64,000 nucleotides of DNA from the NCBI RefSeq assembly GCF_009914755.1, contig NC_060928.1; one strand, 5' to 3'. Under the pieces are notes generated by a model. That model was not told where the DNA came from, ran no database searches, and saw nothing but the letters and a program-made list of their open reading frames with translations. This DNA is from the human T2T-CHM13v2.0 reference genome, Homo sapiens. Below are positions 45,777-57,228 of the stretch, one piece after another; positions within the stretch are counted from its first letter, which is position 1, and every line of letters starts with the position of its first letter. Both the position numbers and the translations under genes were made by a program.

Positions 45777-46381
45777 TGTAACTCAATTGCAGATTCAGTC
45801 ACTCGATGCTTGCCGAGTCCAGTTTACAAGAGTGAGGTCTGATATAAAGAAAGTGACTTTTTAATCCAAAGCTTAGCTTGTGGAAAGAAGTCCAGGCTCT
45901 TGCCTTTAAAGGCACTGCTTCACTTTTGGGGCAGAAAGCCAGAGCTTTTAAAGGGGAACTTGGCATGAATGGCAGGCAGGGAAGGAGCAGTTGGGGGTCT
46001 AGGCGACTTGCTTTGTTGCCTTATCTACCCAGTGGTTGAGCTAGTGCTAGATTGTAAGGTGGCTGTGGTCTGGAGATACTCTCCAGATGGGAGAGAGTTT
46101 CCTGTGGGCAAACTTTAGGTTGTAAATTGACTCTTGTCTCTAGAGGCAATCTTCTGGTGGGAGAGATTTCCGGCTCTGGGGCTTCTAGGTATGCACACAG
46201 TTAGGTGAACTTGTTCTGTAGTGAGTGTCTGGTGAAGGCAAGGTAGAGGTTCTAATTGCATTTCTAAAGAGTTAAGTAGGAAGTGGAGAACACGGGCAGA
46301 GGAGGAAAGAGAAAAAAAGAAAAAAAATTCAAAAAATAACTCATTCTCTTCCTCTTAGGGAAATGGCAGTACTGGGGTACA
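45777..46381 (-). mobile_element. ERV1 solo LTR (MER67-like, family tentative)
   Basis: TG...CA termini, 4-bp TSD GCAT, minus-strand start TGTACCCCAGTACTGCCATTTCCCTAAGAGGAAGAGAATGAG. Confidence 0.75.
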
Positions 46382-46397
46382 GCATCCCATTGTACAC

Positions 46398-46625
46398 AAA
46401 ACTTGTCTAACCCACGGCCCATGAGCTGCATGAAGCCCAGGAAGGCTTTGAATGTGGCTCAACACATTCAAAGAAAGTTTGTAAACTTTCTTTAAACATT
46501 ATGAGATTATTTTGCAGTTTTTGTTTTAAGCTCATCAGCTGTCATTAGTGTTAGTGTATTTTATGTGTGATCCAAAACAATTCTTCCTATGTGGCCCAGG
46601 GAAGCCAAAAGATTGGACACCCTTG
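46398..46625 (-). mobile_element. Second MER30, inverted relative to the first
   Basis: CTTGTCTAACCCACGGCCC...AGCTCATCAGC...GGGAAGCCAAAAGATTGGACACC; TSD (T/C)TGTACAC. Confidence 0.88.
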
Positions 46626-47439
46626 CTGTACACCTTAAATACAGTTTTGTGTTTCAATTTTCCCTCAGTTAAGCTGGGAAAAAATGGCCATACCCAAAAA
46701 TGACACATAAAATAGCTGTGTCAAATTTCTACTTTAATCTTGAATATCTTTCTTTTACAATAAATAAACTTCTCTCACATCATTTTTTAATGTTTCAGAG
46801 TGTTTCATTTTATGGATATTTCAGAACTCAATAAGTTCCTATTTATTTATTTATTTATTTGGACACTGTGGTAGCGTCTAATTTTTGCTAAATCTTGGGG
46901 CACATTCTTAAATTTCAAAACTGGAATTACTGAGTCTAGTGGGTCTTAAGACATATTGTTATCTGCCTCTCAAGAAGGTTTTGACTCACTTTAAATGAAG
47001 TCAAACATCTTCTCCATGTATTTGACATTCAAATATTTTGTATGTGTGATTGTTCTCTTAGCTTATTTGTTGAGTTTTCACTGAGTTAGAACAATTCCTT
47101 GGTTTACTATAAAAAGAGAAAAAATTCATTATGAGCCAAATGGATATTGAGAAATATATTCTGAGTTTTCTCTTTACAGAGGTTTTTGTTTTGTTTTTGC
47201 CTAGAGCATAGGGTTAACTGGACTAATTTACACTTTTCCATTAGCTTTATCTTGTTCAGGATAATATGAGCCAGTTTTCTTAACCCTAATAGGGCATATT
47301 TCTGTTTTTTCTTAACTCATTCTTTTTCTAGTGTATTGCTAAGTTTTCCAATTTAGTTCTTGCCTTAAAAATGACGTTGTCTAACATTATAATTGTAAAA
47401 TACTAGAAAATGGCTTTGTCATTCTTGCTGCAGGCAGTC

Positions 47440-47640
47440 AACGACTCAAGATGACCCCTAGGTTAGCTGGAAATACATCTTGATTGGTACAGATTCCGGT
47501 TTCTAAGTGAATAAGCCGAGAACACACTGAGTGCCTGACGATGTGACATGCTATCATGTCACATGAAACTATCAGAACTTGCTAGGGTTCCAGATCCTGC
47601 ACTAGAAATTCCTCCCACATGAGGGCTTTTTTTTTTCCTC
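47440..47640. promoter_or_regulatory. Candidate promoter/enhancer motif cluster
   Basis: Reverse CCAAT (TGATTGG at 47481), ETS TTCCGG (47494), TGACG, a 24-bp hairpin/palindrome at 47541-47564 and GTCACATGA, with several CpGs in unique DNA. Confidence 0.35.
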
Positions 47641-48249
47641 CTGTGAGAAATAAACCAGAAGAAAGGAGAAGATGGATTTTTGTAATTTAGTTTCATGATT
47701 TTAAGGACCAAATCTCAGCTTTATTTCTCTAGAATAGGAAATAGAGATATCGTTGTCATCTTGTTTTTCTCACTTGATCTGATCTATGATCTGTTGAAAC
47801 TTGATCATCTGTTCTTGCAAGTGAGGTTTTGTTGCTACATTTCTGAACTTCAAAATTAGAAAAATAATATCCTGAAGCTTCTGATACTTACAGTTGAGCA
47901 GACTTTATATTCTGTTTACACTTACCATTTTACATAAATCTTTATGCCTTTTATTTAGAAGACAAGATAAAAATTAAAAGAGAAAAAATATCCCACATAT
48001 ACATAATACCTCTCTATGGACTATTCTTTTGTGGGATAAGGTAGGTGGGAGAATGGGAGAGTAGCAGACCCATTCGAATACAAAACATATAAGTAACTAT
48101 TATTTTTAAATTGGGGCCACTTGGACACCAAGATATTATTGCCTTTTTAAGAGATCCATGTTCTAGAGAACTGATTACCTTAAATAACTCATTTCTGTTT
48201 CCAAGCTTCTACTCACAAATGTACTAATGTCCTAAAGGGCATGAAGGAG

Positions 48250-48309
<60 letters not shown>

Positions 48310-48320
48310 ATATATATATG
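48250..48320. repeat. (TA)n microsatellite
   Basis: About 22 TA units plus a CA/TA flank. Confidence 0.97.
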
Positions 48321-50262
48321 TGGAACAGTGATATAGTAAATATGAACAGTAATATAGTAAATCACTCTTCTTCAAAATATATATAAACAGAGATATAGTA
48401 AATCACTGTTCTTTTATAAACTGGGACCCTATTCTATTTTTTATCCCCATAATAATATATTTTATAACTTCTGTTTAGAATATTGGCAGATAATAAAACT
48501 TGATTGCCTGATTTTCAATTTAAACACTTATCAATCAAATACATAAGTACTTGTTCAGGGTAGAGAAAAGTTAATACTTTATATTATCTATGTAACTCTG
48601 AAAGACAAGAAAGTTTCTGTACATTTACGGACTACAAATATAGAAGTTAAAGGAAATGCCTTCTAGCTGGCGTAATCTTAGGAAAAAAAGCAGACTGAAG
48701 TATTATAAATTGTTAGCAGAAGATGTGTAAAGATATGATCACCTAGATAATATAAATCAATTTTCTATTCTTGTGCTGAAGCCTAGACCCCACACGGCAG
48801 CCTGATGTAATTCCATTAACATGCTTAATTACTTGGCACTTGTATAGCCTTTTTATTTTTACTGTTATCCTGGTAAATCATTCAGAAGAAATAAATTAGC
48901 TTGCCACTCAAAATTAACTACTATGGTGCATTGCTGCCCCACCCCCCAAAAGATGAGTTGACAGCTACTGGGCGTTAATCTAGCCATTTTTTGATAACAG
49001 AGTATCTCTTTGCGCATAGTTATGATGAGAGGTATAAACATTCCAAATGTAATTATCTCAGTCCTTTACAACTTGAAAGTCTAATTAAAGAAAGTTTAAG
49101 ACACTATAAATCTTAAGGAATTAGGTTTACGATGTGGAACCCAGTCAGTCAGAGCTTGGGATTACATTGGAAAGTGAGTATATTGAAAAGGATTGCAGAA
49201 ACATTTCTCTCAGCCAGAATTTAATTGCTCAGAAAACTGAATTTCAGTAAAGTAGATGAAAAGTGGTAGGCAGAGAGACTCAGACCTATGACTGCTGAAG
49301 AAAGAGCTAATTCCATGTCCCTTTTTCTAGATGCCCTGTAATACACTTGTGTCAGTGATAAATGCTGCTTTGCTGTGCTACACCGAGTACAAGGTAGTGA
49401 TAAGACATGACTGGGAAGCAGTTACCAGAGACAAGCAAGGATAGGGCTTTGAATGCATCCTCTGCTGGTGGCTTCTGTAGTTATGCATAAAATTTACTCT
49501 GACCTGTTTACTTTTATAGCCTGTCTTTACTTTGTTTCTTTTAATATTATACATGTTTAGGCTATGCTTTTTCTTTAAATATGTGAGCAAATCTATTGGT
49601 GTAATGTACTCATTACCCTAAAACCTATATTATAATGGACCCGAATACCATAAGGTAGAAGATCAGAAGAAAAAGAAAATGCATACATTTTTATCTTTAA
49701 AACAATTCACTTTTAAGATTATTTTCTTGAAAGGTATACGTTTGATGGAGCTGAATCTAGTTCCTTCAGGCAGATATAATAGGATACAATAGGATAGGAC
49801 TTCTTGGGTAAAAAAGGTGTAGTAATCTGTGAGACTCATGGGAAGGAGAAAGGAAATTATTAATTAATTTGGCTGAGGCCAGGGTAGTAAGCAGATTCAT
49901 TATAAATTCTGGCAGCAGAGGAATACTTGAGAAATGCTTATAAAGTTAGATCATCTATTTTTCCAAGCAAATTCTTCATGTCATTCCACCTTGTAAAAAC
50001 TTTGTGGAAAAGAATAAGCACATGAATGAGCAATGAATAGACTTTGCATTAGATTGGTAATCTTGCTACTAGTACATTAATTTACTTGTATTACTGATAT
50101 TTTAAGATAGGATTTTTACAGATGTTTATATATTTTTTAAAAGCCTATTTTTTTCTTTACCCATTTTCTCAATTTTTTTAACCTCGAAAACTTTTTCCTC
50201 CCTGAGAGAAATACATGGGCTATCTTCAGCATAGAACACAAACTCTGCCTTCTTTTCTCAAG

Positions 50263-50365
50263 TCCAGTGATTCAAGTTTGACACACCACACCACGGTGGA
50301 TGTGCCTTGTCATGACACATCTTCTCAGCAGCACTAGAAGATACATCCAAAGTCCTGTGAGCAAG
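50263..50365 (+). other. Possible non-coding exon
   Basis: Pyrimidine tract CTCTGCCTTCTTTTCTCAAG acceptor and AAG|GTAAGC donor 103 nt apart; stop codons in all three frames. Confidence 0.2.
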
Positions 50366-50977
50366 GTAAGCCTTGTAGCAACCCTTTGATGTCTTTGAAA
50401 AATGCAAAAATGCTCACCGATCAGGAGCAAAGGGGCCAAAAGAGAAGTATTTCCCCCTCACATGTAGTTTTTATTTTTTTAGCGTATTTTTTGTTTTTCT
50501 CTAAATCAAACTCAGACTTACTCTGTTTACACTGAAATACACTGCATAGTGCCATAGGTGTAATCAGACCCAGATCTCAACAATGTGTATGATTGCATAC
50601 CCAGTATAAATAAGGGTTTAATATCAACTCCATCTCTGAGTGAAAATAAATAGCTCTGAAAAGTCAATTCTTCCTATTTTCTTTTACATTTTGCCTTCTA
50701 ATAGCTGTTTTATGTCATTTCCTTTGAGAGCTCTGATACCAAGTTGGAATAGTCCATTATATCCTAGCTCTCAGTCTTTACTGAAAGTTACATGAAAGAA
50801 GAGGCCTTTGCCTGCAATTCAGAATTCTAAATTACCAGCCTTTCTTAATTTCAGGTTGCCCCTCCTGGACATGTTGTAAACTCATGCATGGGCTTTTGAG
50901 TTAGAAAAATTTGTGTTTGGAACTTTTCTCAGCTCTTGGCTTTTCACCTGGCCAGGTTACTTTTAAAGCCACATCTT

Positions 50978-51037
50978 TTTTTATTTTATTTTATTTTATT
51001 TTATTTTATTTTATTTTATTTTATTTTATTTTATTAT
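50978..51037. repeat. (TTTTA)n microsatellite within a MIR remnant
   Basis: About 11 TTTTA units; flanks CCAGGTTACTT... and AATGGGGATAATGAAAGTGCCAGCCTCA are MIR-like. Confidence 0.9.
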
Positions 51038-51704
51038 TTGTTATCTTAAGAATGGGGATAATGAAAGTGCCAGCCTCACTGAGTTATGTTATTTGAATGA
51101 TATAGCCTAGGTGGTGAACCTAGCTTAGGGTCTGTTACCTGGGATGATGGTCAGTGGAAAGCCAAGATTTTTTGTGATGTTTTTGTTTATATGCTGGTAG
51201 CATATAAAGGAGTGTCTCAAGTCCCATCACAGCTTTCAAAGCTCCTCTTCCTTTTGTCTGAGCAATCAGTGAGAAAAGTCTGACAGTCAATGAACTTTAG
51301 TACTGAGATGTGCTTAGAAGGTATGGTCGTTGTTAGGTTTGATAATTATCAAAGAGAGTGATTCACTTCTTAGAACCCTGACCTGCTGCTCTAATGCCCT
51401 AAAAGACTAACCATTACCAATAGACACTTCCCTCTAGTGTGCTTGTCTAATTATATGTTAACTATAATTAACACTTTAAATCTGATAATTCCTACCTAAG
51501 AAAGTATATTACCTGGTGCAGAGCCTGGGCAGAGAGGAAGTGTGCATTCAATATATGCTCATGGTTTATTGAGTAAATCCAGATCTTTCCTTGCTACTGG
51601 GTTAGAACTCTGGGAGCATACCTTTAGGACTTAGCAAATCTGGAAACAGCTGGATATCCTTTGGGGCGATCTGGAACAGCTTGTCATTCTTCATTTCTAC
51701 TAAC

Positions 51705-51860
51705 ATTTATTAGGCTTATGTGTAAGCTCTAGAGTTGGCACTCATAACTTCATTTAATCTTCACACTAGTCCTTTGAGGAACATATTATTCCTATTTTTC
51801 AGATAAGAAATTTGAGACTTAAGCAATAAAGTGACTCACTAATAGCAATAATACTAGTAG
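51705..51860 (-). mobile_element. MIR
   Basis: TTCATTTAATCTTCACA...TTATTCCTATTTTTCAGATAAGAAATTTGAGACT. Confidence 0.7.
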
Positions 51861-52035
51861 CAGCTAAGTTGACTATACTGTGTGAACCTGTGTCACACCT
51901 TAGCTGCTATCTGGATAGTAGCATGCCTTGCCTAGCATGGATTTGGGGTACTAAACTCTGTACATTCGGTTGTCCCCAAGATCCTTCCTTGAGAGCATAT
52001 TATTTAGACCTATTCTTATTTTTAGGCTTGGGCCT

Positions 52036-52421
52036 TGTTGTGGACTAAGTGTCTGTGGTTCCCCCCAAAATGTATATATTGAAGCCCTACCCCATGATGT
52101 GGCTGTATTTGGAGATGCAGCCTCTAAGGAAGTAATTGAAGTTGAATGAGGCGATAAGGGTAGAGTCCTGATCCAACAGGATAATGTAGTTATAAGAATA
52201 GACGCCAGAGAGCTCACCCCCTCTCTTTCTACCATGCAAGGACACAGCGAGAAGATGGCTGTCTACAAGCCAGGAAGAGAGTCCTCACCAGAACCAAACC
52301 CTGCTGGACTTTGATCTTGGACTTTCCAGCCTCTAAAACTGTGAAGACATAAATTTCTGTTGTTTAACCCACACAGGTCTGTGGTATCTGTTTATTATGG
52401 CAGCCCAGTAAGACTAAGACA
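52036..52421 (+). mobile_element. MaLR MLT1A-like solo LTR
   Basis: TGTTGTGGACTAAGTGTC...GATCTTGGACTTTCCAGCCTC...ATGGCAGCCC...GACTAAGACA; TSD GGCC(T/A). Confidence 0.88.
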
Positions 52422-53269
52422 GGCCATCACAAGACGTGAACGTTTTGGACCTTCTCTTGGGCCCTAGTAAACAGAAATCAGGTATGCAAAAGGAGTAAAC
52501 ATATATTTTCCTTTATTTTTATGTTTAATGTGTAAGCCTTAGGTTTTTATTTATTTATTTGCTGAGGACAATCACACTGTGTATGTACAATGTAATTATA
52601 TTGTTGATGAGGACTTACTTAAAATTTTTTAAAAATTCTAATTGATTTCTAGATGTTCAAATGACAAGATAGCATTTATATACCATCAGAACATAAAATA
52701 ATTCAAAAAAATAAATCTATGAAACAATATGTATTATACTGAGAGAAAGAGAGAGAGTGTTGGAAGAATACATATAAATACAATGTGATAATGTGATGTC
52801 TCTGTGAGAATGCTATATGTAATTTTCTTTGTTTTTGTTTATATGAATTTATAATATTTTTACCTTTGAAATATATAAAAGAGAATAAAAGTCATTGACA
52901 AAATCAAAAATAACTCTATTTTTATAGGTGAGTAAATATACATCTTTAACAGAATAGCAAAGAGTTGATGAATGTTCAGAGATATTATATAAGTAACAGG
53001 TAAGAAGTGTCCTTTATCCAGAAGATCTATGGTATTCATTCTCAGTTGCAAATATATATGCAAAAAAACCCACAAATGAAACCAAAACAACTCAGAATTC
53101 TCATGAATGTTGCATAAGTAAATATATTATTTGGAATAAATTTAAATAAGCTACATACAGGATGTCTTTTAGTTGGGTTGCTGAGGGGCCCCCATTTTGC
53201 TTTTCTGATCAGTATTGTAGAAGAGCTTTAGTTTTGTTGAGTCCCTCTCCAGGGAATTATTAGGGTGAT

Positions 53270-53500
53270 GTACTGAGAGATAGAACAGTGGATTTGGAGT
53301 CAGTAGACCTGGATGGAACTCATTTACCAGGTGTGTCATTGAAAAAGTCATTTAAGCTCTCAGAGCTTTAGTCTCCTCATTAGTGAAACTAGCATAACAA
53401 TTCTGCGTCCTTTACATGGTTTCATCAGCATCAAACTAAATGAAATAATATGTGCAAAGGTTTGTGACCCAGAGCACTCTATGCTAATGCTAGCCATCAT
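53270..53500 (+). mobile_element. MIR
   Basis: GGATTTGGAGTCAGTAGACCTGG...AAGTCATTTAAGCTCTCAGAGCTTTAGTCTCCTCAT. Confidence 0.75.
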
Positions 53501-53749
53501 TATTCTGAAGATGACTATTATAATCGAAGTTATATAAATTAAAGAAAAATGACAGAAGTTGTTCCCCTGAAAATGTTAACTCTTGCTACTGTAGTCCTAA
53601 TTATGCTAGCGCAAATCTCTTTAAATATTCTTAATTTCTGGTCTGATCTTAATTAATGGATACCAATGTAGGTACTTTGGATTTTGGGCAGACAGTAAAA
53701 CCTGGGGTTCAGGAACAGCAATGTAAACAGGCTATAAGATTGCAAGTCA

Positions 53750-54560
53750 CAACTTTCATTTATTTGATATTTGTCATGAAAACCTATATAGTGCTTTCAG
53801 TGTTCAAAGGCCTGTGGTTACAGCAGCAAGTAAAACAAAATTCCTGCCCCACCGGAGCTTACAATCCAACGGGAGGAGGGAGAGGGCCAATAATACAGTA
53901 GAAAATGAATATGTAATAGGTCAGTAATGAATATGTGATATGTGAATATGTGATAGAGCAATAAATGTAGTAAGTGCTATGGAGAAAAAATAAAGCAGAA
54001 TAAAGGAAAATTCTGTAGGTCAGATGGGCAGGCAGCAGAATCTGAGATGGAGATTGAAGTGCAGGAAGTTCATTCAGAGTCTTCTGAGGAAGGAAGCAGG
54101 GTTGGGTAGAGAGAGAAGATGGGCTCCGAAGCAGGCACAGTTGGGCCTCTGCCAACTCCATGGGGAACTGGAAAGCAGGGATGGGCCTTCTGATTGCCTT
54201 GACTTGGGGTATGGAGGCCAGGCCTTTATATTCCTGCAATGGCCAGAAATTGGATGCAAGTTGTCCCTTGGGAAGGGGACTGTGACCTTGGTGACATGAC
54301 TTTCCTCTGCTGAGGGCAATTCCCAGAGAGGGCTGACAGTAGTGAGCTTCCAGCCAGTAGCACTGTGTTCATTACAGGGGTGTGTGTGTGTGTGTGTGTG
54401 TGTGTGTCTGGGAGGCAGGAGGTGAGATTGCTTTTTTAAAGGATTATCAAGGGAGCCTCTCTGAAAACATTTTGGGAGTAAATGTGAAGGACATGAGGGA
54501 GGAACCTCATGAAATCTGGGGGAAAGCAAGTAGATATCTGGGGAAAATATTTCTGAGGAA
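53750..54560 (-). mobile_element. L2 3' region interrupted by an old LTR-like insert (~54015-54378) and (TG)n
   Basis: TTCATTTATTTG...CCTGCCCC..GGAGCTTACAATC...AAGTGCTATGGAGAAAAAATAAAGCAG is L2; L2 resumes after 54430. Confidence 0.6.
54380..54407. repeat. (TG)14 microsatellite
   Basis: Direct reading. Confidence 0.95.
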
Positions 54561-54784
54561 GATAATTTTGAACTTCTTTGGATTTTTCATGTGGATTATC
54601 TATATGAGTAATGTCTATGCTCATATATTGCTTTTCCAGTTGTGCTTATCATGGTAGTAGTAATAATAGTAATAACAACAATAATGTCATTTTTATCATG
54701 TAATTGCAAGCTTTGCTTTAGGAACTGATGTAAATCTTTCATAAGATCTTACTAGAGTATTAATTAGCTAATTAGTTAATTTAC

Positions 54785-54960
54785 TTATTCATTCAGTCAC
54801 ACAGTGAGTGTTTATAAATGCCCACTGTATGTCAGTTACTATGCGAGGTGCAATGAACACCATGGTGAGCAGGAGGAGTTAGTCCCTGTGTTTGAAACTG
54901 TTAAGGTGAGGTGACTGACAAATGAAACAGGCAATTAAAAATATAGTGTAAACAGTGGTC
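54785..54960 (-). mobile_element. L2 3'-end fragment
   Basis: ATTCATTCAGTC...TTTATAAATGCCCACTGTATGTCAG..ACTATGCGAGGTGC. Confidence 0.6.
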
Positions 54961-57228
54961 CAGTGTAGTTAAACGAGGTAAGGAAGGTGCAGCAGGGAAA
55001 CACTAAGCCAAAGAAGAAACCAGGTGTATGAATAAATAGGGAATGGTGAAGCTTTCTTTGAATTGGGGTGGGATGGGGTGTGTGGAACAGAGGTGGGCAA
55101 AGTAGGTGAGATAAGTGGCTTTGGAAATGAAACCAAGTTTTGTTTAGTGACCTCTTACATTGTCAGATGGGGTTAAATCCATAAGGGTCTATAAACATTG
55201 GCCTGCTATGTAGAAAACACATGTTTCAATGGCAACTCAGCTGTGGGAGAGGTTTTCATTGCTAACGATGGGCTCCTAGCATGAAGAGATTCAGGTAAAG
55301 CCTGCCTCGAGGAGTGGGCCGGTATCTCTGATGAGAGCTGGCGCAAGCTTGAGTAGTGACAATGGGGAGATCTCCAAAAGTGCCAACTCCTACCACCCAA
55401 CACCCAGGAGAGAATAACTTCTTACTCCCTCCTCACAGATCCTGAGCTGAGCTAAACAACCTCTTCAGTTCTCGCAATCCATGTGTCTCCCCTTCTACTG
55501 CCCCATTCATGCTGAAAAGATGTCACAGGACTGTCTACTTAAAGATTACCTCTCTAAAGCAGAGTTGACTCTATGTATTCTTTAAAGGCAATCCTGTTTT
55601 TTTTTTTTCAACACTGACCCAAGAACACTTGGATATAGACAGCAATATCAGCATGGTCAGAAGGTGGAAATTCCACTGGCTTTCTTGTTTCATTTAACAT
55701 TCTTTGACTTGCGGGTGATACTAAAAACATAAAAATATTATAGAACATTTTCAAAGTCAAATTGCTTTACAAGTCCCTTCAAAATATTTTTTTGTCCTCT
55801 ATGTTCATAGCAATTTTAAAGTGTTAGTCTGTAAAATATTGTATCTACATGTACAGCTTTGTTTTTGATAGTCACTTCTAGAACAGGCTGAAAATCAGTC
55901 AGGAAAATTCAGTAAGACCGATTTGTGGTTTATCCATATGCCTATGTAAACCTGAGATTCTCACATTTGTCACTAATGACAGTCATAAAATAATTAAAGA
56001 CAAATGAGTTAGTATTTTATCATCTCAAATTTCCCTCTTTTCCCTGAACCTTCTTATATTTCTAGAAAATAGTTAGAAGGAAGTCTGACTGAGAACTCAG
56101 GGCTTATTGCTCCAAGTAAAAAGTAGGCTGAAAGAAAAGTTAAGTCATTGAAAATGGTATCTACATTTACTTTCCCTTTTCTTTGTACTCTTTGCTCTTG
56201 ACTTTAAATTCTTTTGATTCCAGAAGGAAGAAAACTTTGCTAATGCTCTGCCAAGCCTCACTTTTCTCTCATGATTAGAAGGTTTGATGTTATCCAGAAT
56301 TACTCATGGAAGATGGAAGAGCTGCAGCATTACAATGAAAGCCATCTTACAACAGCCTGAGTATCTTTTTTTTACCTGAGTCAGGAGCAAAAAATATTCA
56401 TGTATATTCCCTAAAAGGACAAAAAAGGATCCAATGAAAGGGCTAGGTTGTAGAAAGGTAGCATTTTATTGCTAAATGACAACTAAAATCACTCTGTATG
56501 CCTTGTATTGTAAAAGAGAAAATTAAGACCCAGAATAAGATCAAGAGTTTTTCATTGATCGTTATGATATTAAAGAAGTTTTGAAATACGTGGCTAGCTT
56601 TCTCACATCTATGTGCTGATTAGACCTCAGCCAAAGACTTCAGGGGAGCCCTCTGCAAGTTTCTAGAGTTCTTTGTGCAACTTTTTCTCTTGGGTTCTCT
56701 GACTTGCAAACTCAAACCGCCAGGCTTTTCTTAGACTCAGCTCTGCCTCCTCATCTCAGAGAGACCCTACAATGGGGCCTGGGAACCCTCCAGGCTCTGA
56801 GCTGGACAATGGAGCTCACCTCCATTTTGTTTGTTTCCTCTCTCTTGGCAATCACTCTTCTGTGCTACTGATGCCCAGTGTCTGAAATTCATTTTTTTCA
56901 TACCTTTTGTTTGTTTGCTTGGTGTCATTTCCTGCAGGAGGGTAAATCTGGCTGGCTCCTGTTGTTCCATCTGTCCTCCAGCAGCTTCCCATACAGGCAG
57001 CTCACTTCACTTCATTTTCAATTTTAATGACTTCTGTTCTTTATTATGCCTTTTGTCTACTTTTTTTTTTTGATTATTCTTCTTGTTCTTTTTCTAAGTT
57101 CTTGAGTTCATATTTAGTTAGCTTTTAGTCTTTGTAAGTCAATTGCTGAATGTTTTGAAGTTTTCACTTTGTGTTACTTTATATTTTTTAGGCTATTTAT
57201 TAAACTAATCCACGTTCTGAACAGTTAT

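Larger units (their letters stand above)
44985..46684 (+). mobile_element. L1MB/MA 3' end split into four pieces by nested insertions
   Basis: Segments 44985-45075, 45645-45776, 46382-46397 and 46626-46684 join into one L1M 3' end (…AATAATACTGTA|TTGTATCCTTGAAATCTGCT…ATCAAAGCAT|CCCATTGTACAC|CTTAAATA…AAGCTGGGAAAAAA). Confidence 0.8.

Noticed and set aside
47541-47564. Palindrome as a full p53 site or pre-miRNA
   Set aside because: The CATG cores are 4 nt apart rather than 6, and the stem is far too short for a pre-miRNA.
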